A stretch of DNA of 46,931 nt from assembly GCA_002189035.1 (NCBI GenBank), contig NEEC01000125.1, forward strand, positions 1 through 46,931, written 5' to 3'. The notes under the pieces are model-generated. The model ran no database searches. It was given only the letters and a program-made list of their open reading frames with translations, and was not told the DNA's origin. Made by a program: the position numbers and the translations under genes. Shown one piece after another: positions 11,901-23,888 of the stretch. The stretch is from Utricularia gibba. Taxonomy: Eukaryota > Plantae > Magnoliophyta. The stretch's first letter is position 1. Each line of letters begins with the position of its first letter.

Positions 11901-13720
11901 TTAGAATGTGGCAGCTTCTTTTTGGTATATCTGAAGTCAAGTTCTTTTTCTTGCAGAGTTTGACATCAGTAAATTTCCAAAGTATGTCCTTAATTAACCT
12001 TTCACTTGGTGGTTGTCGTGGATTAACTTGTGTAAAACTCAACTGCCCATTACTTGAGAATGCTTCGTTGGATGGGTGCGATCATCTTGAGAAGGCATAC
12101 TTTTCTTCAGTAAGTCAGCAACATGTCATTGATGGGAGCTTGAATTTTCAAATGAAAATTTCGAAAGATCCTGACTCATTATATTTTTAATATCTATTGC
12201 AGGTTGGTCTTCGCTCCTTGAATTTAGGCATATGCCCAAAGTTAAACGTGCTCCACATTGAAGCACCACAGATGGTTTCACTTGAACTTAAAGGCTGTGG
12301 CGTACTGTCAGAAGCGTTTATATATTGCCCACTTCTTACATCATTAGATGCATCCTTCTGCAGGTATTTAGTAGTTGTCCCTCAATCTGAACTAGATCTT
12401 GATGAGTTTCTTTCCTTGTTATATTTTTTCACTTTACACTTGCAGCCAACTGAAGGATGACTGCTTATCGGCTACCGCATGTTCCTGCCCCCTCATCGAA
12501 GTCCTAGTTTGATGTCCTGCCCTTCCATTGGTTCTGGAGGACTGTCTTCCTTGCACTGCCTTTCCAAGTTGACTTACCTTGATTTATCCTATACATTTTT
12601 GGTTAACTTGCAGCCTGTTTATGACTCCTGCTTGTTCTTGAAGGTACTCCACTCTTCACGAAACAGAGAATCATCTGAAGTCTTCCAACTTTTTTTGAGC
12701 GCATTTGGTTACTTATAGGCAATTTAGCTAATCTTTCCATCCTGATTCTTCCACCTTTTACAGGTTCTTAAGTTGCAAGCTTGCAAGTATCTCTGCGACA
12801 TGGCTCTCGAACCCGTGTATAAGGGCAATGCTCTCCCAGCTCTTTGTGAACTGGACTTGTCCTATGGGTCACTCTCTCAGTCAGCAATAGAGGAACTGCT
12901 TGCTGGTTGTATGAACCTAACCCATGTCAGCTTAAACGGATGCGTGAATATGCATGACTTGGATTGGGGCGGCAGACTCTCTGAAGTAAACTCTTTTTAT
13001 GGGTCATTGGAGGAAAATGAGCTTTTTAGACGTGATCGGCTTCTGCAGAACCTGAACTGTGTTGGCTGTCCCAATATAAAAAAGGTGGCTATTCCTCATG
13101 CAGCACAATGTGTTCATCTATCGGCGCTCAATCTTTCACTGTCATCAAACTTGAAAGAAGTCAATTTATCATGTTCCAATTTAACCTTTCTTAACCTGAG
13201 GTATTCTGTTTCTGAACTCCTACACCATTCTCGATCCTTTTGATGCACAATATGTTTCTTATTGCTTCTTGAACCGTCCAGCAACTGCACCTCCTTGGAG
13301 ATTCTCAAGCTCGACTGCCCAAGATTGACCAGCCTTTTTCTTCAGGTACGCCGCATCAGTTTGCTCCCTCTTATCTTCAAAAGACTCCCTGGTGTGTGTT
13401 TTCAGCCCGCTTCTCTTTTGGTGATACATCACTTAGCTTCTTTTTGACCCGGTGATTCTTCTAGTCTTGTCATATTGATGAGGAAGCTGTTGAAACTGCC
13501 ATTATGCAATGCAACATGCTGGAGACTCTTGATGTGCGCTTCTGCCCCAAGGTTCACACAATGATACCTAACCACAACTTCTTATCCCTTTGGGTTGAAC
13601 ATGCTGCTAAGTATTGACATTTCTCTTGGCATGGCACAGATATTTCCACTAAACTTGAGCAGATTACGCGGGGCGTGCCCAAGTTTGAAGCGGATTTTTA
13701 GCAGTTTAGCTCTCCATTGA
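8928..13720 (+). CDS. FBXL15: F-box/LRR-repeat protein 15 (SLOMO-like), many exons
   Basis: Starts MRIRCLLFSCF. F-box MDLTDDLLHM/VFSFLNHSDLCRAAIVCRQWRDAS. Cys-rich LRRs (LKRSSMPQATLNCPTLRELDLASCHKMSDAAIRSAATSCPLLESLDVSNCSC...). Ends LRGACPSLKRIFSSLALH* (TGA 13718-13720). Apparent 1-bp deletions in exon 1 (~9110-9245), at ~9617 and at ~12509; exact start less certain. Confidence 0.93.
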
Positions 13721-14297
13721 GAACAAAAGAAAAGAGTAGTGAATTCCATCCCACAATGAGTATTATCAAAGAAACATTGTTTACAGTGGGTTGTGGTGTT
13801 TGGATGTCGCCTATGGGCTTCTATGGAATAATTTACTGTCGTGTGTTGTTGATGTATAGGAAACAAAAAAAAAAGCTCTAGAAACCTTGTATTTATGCCC
13901 GGATCCCTGTAGAAGCAGAGTCAAGTTCTTCTGATCCTCTACAATATGAAGAATCATGGCTCTGCAATTATCAGAGACTGCAACTCCGTCTATTAATTTA
14001 TAGCTATGGTGTTAGCAAGTTCTTTGCTCATTGGTAAGCACAATTGCCACTTGGTTAAATACATGAAGAAACAAATGGATTGATCTCTCCTGACCCACAG
14101 CAGTTTCATAAAAAACAATTCGAAATTGCATTGAATACGGAAAAAAGATGCCCCTGCATCCAAAAACCGTTGCGACAGTTGGTTTCTACAATCATCAACC
14201 ATGTATGTCACTTATCGCAGAAGCAAACTATCTGTCACAGAGTTCGAGCAAACCTTTCTGCAGCTCCCATACGTGTCTCAAATTGCACCACCTGGTC

Positions 14298-15218
14298 TCA
14301 CTCTGTTCTCCCCGAAAGCCTTGTGATCCATTTCTTCTGAGATGATGTTAAATGAGTAACACTTTCCTGTGAATAACAGGGAGAGTTGTCTGTAGAAGGA
14401 GGAAGTTCAGCTGGCAATGCAGCTGCCGTGCTGGTGAAAGCATTCAAAACTAGGAATGCGAGAATGGGAGAAAGATCCAGTGTCCCACCAAGCGGTGGGA
14501 TAAGGCCTCTGAAGATGTTCAAATAGGGATCACATAATGTGCTGAAAAAGGCAGTGAAACAAACTCCATTTCAGAATTCTGCACTCAACTGAAATCATCT
14601 GGGTTTATTGTACAAACCAGTTAAATTGTTACCTAAGTGGACTGACGATTGCAGGAGGAGCGTTGGGGAACCAAGTCAAAACCAACCTCACAATAAGCAA
14701 TGTGTTGTAGATGCTCAAGAAGTTCAAAACCCCATTGGCTGCCACCATCCCTGCAACTGAATCGCCAGGTAAAATAGCAGCAAAATTCGAATTTTGCATC
14801 AGAACCCCGCTCTGGAACCCCTGGTGTCAGGAGATCGAACACTTGATGAGCATTCACAACACCGACACGAAATACAGCAACTTGAACAGAGGAAAATTAC
14901 ATGGAAATTGGAATCCAATCCGAGGATGAACACGAATGGACAATATCTTTTCCAGAAACCCATTTTGGGAGATGAACTCTTGCATCATTTGGAGGCATCT
15001 ACTGACATTGGATGAAAAATTTTTACCCAGATGTCGCAAAAAATCTCGGTTTTCTCCGTGAAGTTAGGACGGTGGCGTGGAGGTTGCCTGAAGCTCTGAA
15101 TGAGACCCAATTGAGACGAAATCAATGGCAAGAAAAATGAAGGCGAAGCAATTGTTCCAGAAACGAAATCTTTTTCATCTTTAAAACGGTAATCTGAAGA
15201 AGACGGGCAAGAATTCAT
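14298..15218 (-). CDS. YLMG2: YGGT/YlmG homolog 2, chloroplastic
   Basis: NFAAILPGDSVAGMVAANGVLNFLSIYNTLLIVRLVLTWFPNAPPAIVSPL/STLCDPYLNIFRGLIPPLGGTLDLSPILAFLVLNAF is the YGGT domain of YLMG2. Apparent 1-bp deletion at ~15038-15053; first intron boundaries unresolved. Confidence 0.9.
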
Positions 15219-15454
15219 TTTCTTAGGACAGAGGAAGGAGATGACGATGCGGTGGTAGAAGGTGAAAGCTTTGTCCAGTTGCCGACGCCGATCTACGTTC
15301 CTTCAGATACCTTATCCTCAACCTGGTGCACTCAGCACTGCACTGCATGGTTTTTATTTTATTTAACATATTATTATTTATCTAAAAATAAAAAATAAAT
15401 TAAATTAAATTAAAATTCTCTATTTTTAAAAATAATATAATATTTTTAAACTGT

Positions 15455-15487
15455 TGGGCCAACGAAAACGGTTGATCCAATGGGCCG
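15455..15487. promoter_or_regulatory. Site II-like elements (TGGGCC x2) in the short divergent YLMG2/CID7 intergenic region
   Basis: TGGGCC at ~15455 and ~15481 between two head-to-head genes. Confidence 0.4.
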
Positions 15488-16599
15488 ATTCCGTACAACT
15501 AATTTAGTATATAACGACTTTTCATTGCACGCAACTGAATTTATACATCACGAAGTATTGAAGAGAAAACACTTAAAATTGATGGTTGGAATGGGGAAAC
15601 CAAGGTGGGGAGGAGAAAGCAAAAACCTATTTTTGTGGTCTTGAAGCCTAAGCAGACTGCTGGGATTGTACAACTCTCTGAAGAGGAAGTAGAGAGAGAA
15701 GGAAAGGGAGGTCGGAAACAGAGATAGAAAGATTGGAGAGAGAACTTCGAGTAGACACCGCTGCAAACAAAGGTGACCCAAAATCCAGCAACGAAAACTA
15801 GCACCCAAGGTAGCAATTATTGGATTTCACCGCCTCTGGTTTCACTTCTCTCCCACCCCAGCTCATTTTCCTTAGCCTCTCTGTTTCTGTGCAGTAATGG
15901 ATCAACTGGGAGTCCTTTCTTTCGTTATGGATGTTCGTAAAGGTATGCCTGAGAGACCCACTTGTTTGGTTGTTTCTAATCTTGTTTTTGGGTTGAATTA
16001 CTGGAGATCTATTGTGATAAAGCTGTGGTTTTGTGGTTCAAGTTGTGGGCTCTCTTGTATGTGCATATTCTTTGCTGGATCTTCGACGTTTGTTTAGCTT
16101 CTTGTTGTTTGTTTTTGTTTTTTATTGATTTTTCTTTTTTGTTGCAGTGTGTTCAGAGTAGAATCAAGTTGTCACTGTAGTTGCATTTATTTACTTGGAT
16201 TTCGTGATAGTAATAGTTTTTTTTTAATATTACACATTTTACTTCTCATGTTGGCCTTCATTGGCTCGTTTACCTGTTTTTGCAACAACGGTGCTTGCTG
16301 AAAAAGTTTATTTGGTTTGAATTGATTCATTGCATAGTTGCTTTGGTTCACCAGGAGCTCACGAAATATATTCTGGTGTCTCTATTTGCAAGGTTTTCTA
16401 GAATTGCACTTCACTAAGTGTAGTAGTTTGGTGTGATTATTGGGCTTTTGACTTCAAGCAACTCACTCGTTTGCAGGGCTCGGGTGATTCGTTATTACTC
16501 TTGCACTCCTCATAATTTAAGAAGTATTTTTTTATGTGCCCCACGTTGTTTAGTTCATTTGGAGGATAACAAAAGAGTGAATTGGCAATAAGTGATATA

Positions 16600-18954
16600 A
16601 TGAACTTGTCTGTAAATGAAATCTCGCATGGTGACAAGAAGTTTAGTGCGATGAAGGCACCTTTGAATCCAAATGCCGCAGAGTTTGTTCCTCTGGCTCT
16701 CAGAACATCTGATGCAGGTTTAACCCATGTTAATGCATCATCTAAGTTTGCAGCTGCTACTGCAGCCACCCACGGAAAAGCAGTATTAGGCAGATCAGAG
16801 TCATCAGTTTCCAATAACTCTGATGATGAGGTTCAGCAATACTGGCGCTGTCAGCTCCCCGATGATATTACTCCTGACTTCAATTTAATGGGTATAGATG
16901 ATACTCAAGGGATAAAAAACTTACCCTTATCGAGCTTATCATTGAGTGAGACTGATGACGGGTCAAGTTTCATGTCTTCTGGCTTTATTTCTAAGGATCA
17001 AGGCTTACCTTCTCATTTACTTGATGGTCATCAAAACTGTGAACAACTAAGGCGTGAGTATCCCATGTTTCAACCTTCTGTTGGTAAGCCTTGGGACAGG
17101 CAAAATATCGGAAATGATCACCTCCACGTAAGAGGGAATCATTCATATAGTGAGAATTCACAAAACAGTTTCCCCTTGGACATTTCAAATGAGGCCTTGT
17201 TGGAAGAAAATGCGGCTGCAAGCCCCCTCAGGTTTTTAGCTTCAGAGTTTCCTGGTTTTGCAGTTGAAAGTCTCGCAGAGGTTTTCTTTGCTAATGGAGG
17301 TGACTTAAACCTGACCATTGATATGCTTACTCAGCTTGAGGTAAGCAACTTAAGCTTTTACATGCTTTGTACTTCTTTAGATTTATCACCTTTCTGACCT
17401 CATGCTTGAAATGTGCTGCTCTGTAATATGATGATTATGTAGATTTTGGTTACTTAATTGGTTTCCATGGCCTTTTCTTTTGCAGCTTCAGGTTGATGGA
17501 GGATTGAACCAGAGTTTTGAGTCTAAGACCTTATCTGCTCCGACACTTACTGCATTGGATTTTCCTGCTCTCACAGCTACTGATGGTCAAAATGGCTCAG
17601 CAAACTTTTCTAGCGATGCTCAGCATTTAAGTACTAGGCTTCATCATGCATCTGGAAAGGAGAACAGTTTGTTTTTCAGATCAAATTCATCAATTTCTTC
17701 CAGGGGTGCTGCAGATTTTGCTTCAGCTGTTCGGAAAATGGCACCTCGAGATGCAGGAATTTGGAATTATTCAAGAAATGGCTCTTTAGATGCAAACATT
17801 GGATCAAGTAGAATCTCACACAACTTGGGAAGTTCATATGATGGTGGCTTGGGTAAGGCAAGCCACATCGATAGGTTGTCATCTAGAGGATCAGCTCATG
17901 CATCTCCAGCTTGGCTTGAAACTGGGACCGCTGTTGGTAATGTTCTTCAATGATGTTTTTTATTATTCTACAGGACTTTGAAAGTAATATTTTCGGGATG
18001 GCAGCAAATATGTATTCTGAGATGAGAGAGGAGGCGCGTGATCATGCACGGGTGCGCAATGCATGCTTTGAGCAGGTACATGTTTTATACGACTGAATAA
18101 GAAAAGTGCTCAAATAGTGTTTGCGTTTCGTTTCACTCATATATGTAGATTTGGTAATGCATATTCCGTTTATCAGGCACGTCAGGCATATCTCAATGGG
18201 AACAAAGCTTTGGCCAGGGAGTTGAGCATCAAGGGGCATTTATATAACATGCAGATGAAGGCTGCTCATGGAAAAGCACAAGAATCCATTTACCGTCACA
18301 GGTTTGTTCTTTGCTCACTGACTTTACAAGATGAATGGTATATGATTTGAGTGTTATATGATGTGCGGCCTACACACATGCAAAACAAAACTTCGTCAAC
18401 AAAGGTGGCTCATCTGTCCAGCACTCGCACTTGTGTGCTTTTCATTAGGCATGTATATTGTTCTTTGACATGCAAATAAAGCTTAATGCTTCACCAAGAG
18501 TCAGCAGAATTGCACTACCACAAGATGATGAAGGTAGTACTTGTCACTTCGATGATCACTCACTAGCGATGGGAGGTCCTGAAATCAGCCAGGAACTTCC
18601 CATCTCTGCGTCTATCTTGCTATCTTTCACTACTGGGAAAATGTAGACTCACAAAACCTGTTTCAGGAATCCGGAGATGCACTCCAGTGGACAAGAGAGA
18701 TGATAGACCTGCATGGTTTACATGTGAGTGAAGCCATCCATGTCCTGAAGCGGGAGCTGGCGATGATGAGGAATGCAGCGCGTATGACGGACCAGCGGCT
18801 GCTTGTTGACATATGTGTGGGTACAGGTCATCACACAAGGGGTTCACGAACTCCAGCAAGACTCCCCATCGCTGTTCAGCGATACCTCCTGGAGGAGGAA
18901 GGCCTCGTCTTCTCAGAGCCCCAACCGGGGCTTCTACGTGTTGCTGTATACTGA
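16600..18954 (+). CDS. CID7: Poly(A)-binding-protein-interacting protein 7 (PAM2 + CUE-like + DUF1771 + Smr), 5 coding exons
   Basis: PAM2 motif LNPNAAEFVP; FLASEFPGFAVESLAEVFFANGGDLNLTIDMLTQLE; MYSEMREEARDHARVRNACFEQ/ARQAYLNGNKALARELS; Smr domain IDLHGLHVSEA...ICVGTGHHTRGSRTPARLP...LLRVAVY*. Apparent 1-bp deletion at ~18700. Confidence 0.93.
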
Positions 18955-21295
18955 ATGGAGCAGGGAAAGAAGAAAACAAAAAGAAAAATCAGGAAACAAG
19001 GGTGGGTCAGTGTGCAATCAATCTCTCTGTACATGGGACTGGAGGAAAGGAAGGTTAGTAAACTTTGAAGGTGTAAAAACATGAAAGAGACAAAAGAGAA
19101 GGAGGCCTTGCAGGCAGTTGAGGATGGATAGCTGTTGTAGGTTGCTGAATGACTTGGCCAGAATGATCAATCTGGTTTTTTGTCTTTTGTTTTGTATCGT
19201 CATCTTACTGCTGGCCTATATTTTTCTCCCTATCCTCTCTCTGCATGTGCTTTGCTTTCTGGGATCCCCTTCAAACCCAAAACCTCTTTGAAGAAAGCAA
19301 GTTGTGCATCATCCCACTACATTTAAATACCACTGCTACTTTTTATTTCTTGTATAGAAACAGAATGGTACTCGATGCAAAGTATGGTTTGAGAAGACCA
19401 GAGCTTGAGGACATAAAAATCCTCAACAGAATGGTACTCATTAGCAGAAACATCGGCTCCTCTTTGCCCTTTCTTGTGTCAGGGTTATTTAGCAATCCCC
19501 ATAGGAGGAAAAAGCAACGGTGACTTGAAAAGATGCAACATGCAGTCATTTAACAAAAGGGTTATTATGATTAGTACCCACTTTTCACTCCTAAAAGTTG
19601 AAAAATGACCATCTAAAAGTTTTTTGAAAAATAACCATTTTCATTTTAAATAGTGTTTTGATTAATTTTTATATTTTCAAATAAATTTGTTTAGTACAAT
19701 TGTAAAAATATTTTTAATAACTTGATTAAAAATTGTTTTATTTTTTTATATTTTTTTTATAAATTACATAATCTCATTTAACCATATTTTTAAATAATGC
19801 ATAATATTTAATCACTTTTATAAATGTGTGGAATTTGTTGGTGATATTTAAAATTACACTTAATGGATTTAGGGTGTATTTCAACTTTCTAAGTATCAAA
19901 ATTGCACCACATATACTTCAATTTACTGTTTTTAGTAAACAATTTATCTCCTAAACTTATAAAATTATATATATTTAACATTTCATGTTACCAAAATTAA
20001 TCCATTTTTAACTCTAACATCATCATAAATAGTATCTACAACTTTAATTCTTCCTTCTCTAATGATCTTATTGTTGCCAAATTCCAAAAATCATGAAACA
20101 TTAATGTTATATTGATGGGTATAAATCGGTCAAAGGTAATCGGTCTGCTGCCAATCGAAAGTAGTTCTAAGGAGATAGCACAATACAAGTACAAAAAACA
20201 AACGACACCTACATAAGTGAAGATTCGACCAAATCGACTTCTTCTATAAGTAAGATAAGTTCTGAAGAAAAAAAAGTTGGAACTCTAAACAAAAACTCCA
20301 AAAAAATTTGTATCATTTCTTCACCACCTCCATCTAGTAGAAATTTTCTCCGGCGAGCTCCAACAGTTCCATGGTTTTTCTGACTTACGATGGTTTCCAT
20401 GTAAAAAATCTCTGTCTATTTTCATTTTATCAGATCAAACCGAAAGAGTCACGGGAAGAAGCATAGAAAGAATTGACATTTCCGATCACATCCATAACCC
20501 GAAAATCGGCCCAACCTCGTATACCGATTTTCACCCATAACATATATAATACTAACAAGTGATTTTAATTCGTCAAACTTTATATGTAAATGCGAAAATT
20601 CTTAATATGAAATTTTGTAGACTATAAAACCAGAGGTACTTTTTTAATATTTTTAAAACTAATAATGTTTTTCAAATCCATTTTTACGAGAAGGTAGCCA
20701 CTCAACGACTGCCAGGTGGTAGAAGGAAAAACAGATGACGAGAGTTTTAGAATTTCATCAGCAGCTTGGGTTGCTTCCTAGTTCTTGTGTCACGTCTTGA
20801 ATCAGTCTCCTTTCTTCTTCTTCAGCATGTGGCCGGCCCGCAGCCAGCGAACACGAAATGGAATGGAAGTCAACTCTTTTTGAGTAATAAAGAAAATATT
20901 ATGTATTTCATTAAATGGAAAATGCAGGTTGGCTGAGAAGCAAGCGCTACTTAGATTTCTCCACTTCCTGGAAGCTTCAATGTGATAAATTATTATTCAT
21001 CAAGACGCGTCCAGTAAGCTTCCCATTTTATCTTTAAGAGAATCGTGGAGGAGCTCTCGTGGCAGAAACATATCTATCCTCTGGTCCTAAGGCAACCTCT
21101 CGTTGCAGAACGATGGTTTCGAAATCTCCATGGAGAAGGTTTGAATCGGCTTCAGGCTCGGGGCTCGTTCATCCAACTGCAAGCGAGGATGGATCAGAAA
21201 CACTGGACGGTATGGGTTTCGCCGATCACACACTCAGGTGATATATCAGTTTTCAAGTGAGTGACCATTTTTTCTGATATTGTTGGTACCCAGAC

Positions 21296-23888
21296 TTGAT
21301 CGAGAGAGGAGACTGGACGAGGGTCATGGAGATCGTTAAGGAATACCCGGAGAAGATCTTGAAGCCGATCACGCCCACCGGCGAAACTCTTCTTATGCTG
21401 GCGGTGAAGTCCCACCAAAATTCTTCGATCATTCAAGAACTGGTGGAGCTAACAGGTGTGAACGAGTTGACTAAAACCGACCGGTTGGGCAACACGGTGC
21501 TGCACATCGTGGCTGAATTTGGGACAGTAGAAGATGCAAATCTTTTGGTGAAAAAGAACCCTCGCTTGCTCACCAGACAAAACTACGCATCCTCTCTTCC
21601 AGTTCACTTGGCCTCCAGGAATCCAACAAACATATGACACCTGTTTTGCAGGAACGCATGGCTAAAGAAAATTCTCCCCAAAACTTGTCTTTAAAGGACG
21701 ACATGATATTAAAAAAGTGAATTCAGATCTAGAGGAAGGCTGCAATTGGCTGGAACTAGTAGAGTCGGTGAATCTAAGAAACTGGACCAAGGTCCTGAAA
21801 ATTGTGACAGAGCATCCCGTCGAGGCACTGAAATTGCGATTCGCACCCAACGACAGAACTCTCCTAATGGTGGCTGTGAAGTCGAATCAAACTCAGTCAA
21901 TTATTCAAGATCTGTTGCGGCTAATGTCCAGTAGTATGCTGATTTGGACAGACACGAGGGCTACACACCACTTCACATCGGGGCCAGTATGCTGATTTGG
22001 ACAGACAGCAAGGGCGACACACCACTTCACATCGCGGCCAAGTACGGGCGCATCGACAATGCTAAGCTTTTGGTGGAGAAGAACCCCCAGCCACTAAACA
22101 TGAAGAACAAAGAATCGCTGCTGCCGGTACACTTGGCCGCCAGGGAACTCCATAAAACCATGACAGTTTATTTCTTGAAAGAAATGAGAAGCAAGGATGA
22201 TCTGCTTGAGGGAGCAGGAGGTGTAGCAATTATGGAGTTGGCTCTCAACTACCAACTTTATGGTATACAGAATCGCACACTACCCAAATTTTTTATGTGT
22301 ATACCCATTTGAGGAAGGAATGTGTTTTGGTTCCCAGGTCTAGCTCTGTGGATTGTGGAGCGCCAACCAAGTCTTGCTATGAGCATGGAGACAATGTGCC
22401 CACCTTTGCATATGTTGGCAAGGACTTCCTCGGCCTTTCCAAGTGGGTGGAAATGGGGGTTTTGGCGAACACTTTTCTACTACTGTAAGCTTGCTTGCCT
22501 CCATCTTCCTGCTGTAGGAAAAGTAGGCCTTGAGCTTCTGTTGATGGTGCCATTTGATTGAAAATCCGTCGCAGGTATTCCAGAGACATATGGAGCTTCG
22601 GAGACGTTTCCACCACCATCAGTCATCTCCACGGCTACTGCAGACAGCAAGACAGCTCAGTCCTCTTTGATCGGAAAACTACTCAGTTCAGTTATCAAGC
22701 CTCTTACCGCAGTTCTTAAACTACTTGTGTTCTATATGCTGATGGGCTTGCAAGGTAACACTAGCGATGAAGCATGTGCTCCCCCCATGAAAATTTTGCG
22801 TCTTTTCAGAAAACACACAGCTTGTGTTCGAATCGTTGCAGGGATTTGGATTTTTCCGGCTAAAGTTGTCATTGATGCAAAAATCAATCATCGCTATGCA
22901 ATCCCGCTTGTGAAGAAGTTGTGTCAAGTCATAAATTCTCAAGCAGGAGAAGAGATAGCCACAAAATATCTCATGGATCCACTCTTTGTCGCCACACAGA
23001 ACGGGATAACTGAGATGGTGAATGAGATACTTGATTCACATCCGGATGCTATCAAATTCAGGACGAAGATGGCACCACTGCCATCAAACTATCGGTGACG
23101 CATCGCCAGATAAATATATTCAACATCCTACGACAACGGTACGTGCAAAGGGGCCACAATTTGTGGTACTGGTTTGATCGGGAGAAGGAGAACAACTTGC
23201 TGCATTTAGTGGCATGTAATCCGAAACGAAACTACCTTGATGCAAACCGCAGCACCTTCTTCGAGATGCAACGCGAGTTGCGATGGTTTCAGGCGATCGA
23301 GAGGATCGTGCATCCTTTTCAAAAGACGAGATTGAATGAAGACAAGGAGACACCCTGGACCGTGTTCATAGAAGAGCATCGTGAGCTCGCTGAAGGGGAA
23401 AGGAGTTGGATTCTTTCCATCGCCACTTCATGCTCCGTCGTGGCGACGCTAGTAGCCACAGTTGCATTCGCGGCCGTCATCACAGTCCCCGGCGGCAACA
23501 ATTCCGATGGGATCCCAAATTTTAAACACGGAAAGAATTTCAGCTTGTTTATATATTCCGATGCTCTCGCCCTTGCCGCCGCCGTCACCACCGTCCTGAC
23601 ATTCTTGACGGTATTCACCTCTCAGTTCAGGCCCATGGATTTCTTGAGCTCTTTACCAAGGAGAGTGGCCATAGGCCTCATCTCCCTTTCCATCTCAGTC
23701 ATCTGTTTGATGGTTGCCTTTATCTGCTGTATGCTTCTCATCGTCGCTCCCATAGCCAACCATCGGAGATGGCGATTGTTGCCACAGGGACTCTACCAAT
23801 ACTACTCTACAGCGCTATGCAGTGGAGATCTCTTTACCGCATACTCAAGTCTTCCTTCCATCGATCTCAGCTCCACTTTGATATGTAG
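21296..23888 (+). CDS. Ankyrin-repeat PGG-domain transmembrane protein (ACD6/ITN1-like), copy 1, with a doubled N-terminal ankyrin module; true start may lie upstream (~21045)
   Basis: ANK repeats (GETLLMLAVKS, GNTVLHIVAEFG, GDTPLHIAAKYG, LPVHLAA), NNLLHLVA, MQRELRWFQAIE, PGG motif SCSVVATLVATVAFAAVITVPGG, TM helices. Corrected-frame end ...LPILLYSAMQW...FDM* (TAG 23886-23888). Apparent 1-bp deletions near 21619, 21715, 23061 and 23751, plus a 52-bp duplication; intactness uncertain. Confidence 0.85.
21933..22039 (+). repeat. Imperfect direct tandem duplication (52 + 55 bp) of part of an ankyrin repeat
   Basis: AGTATGCTGATTTGGACAGACA...CACACCACTTCACATCG occurs at 21933 and again at 21985. 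Confidence 0.85.

Noticed and set aside
19870-20660. Possible degenerate Mutator-like non-autonomous element, including the 63-aa minus ORF at 20209-20400
   Set aside because: Ends resemble MULE TIR composition but could not be aligned as inverted repeats, and no 9-bp TSD was found.
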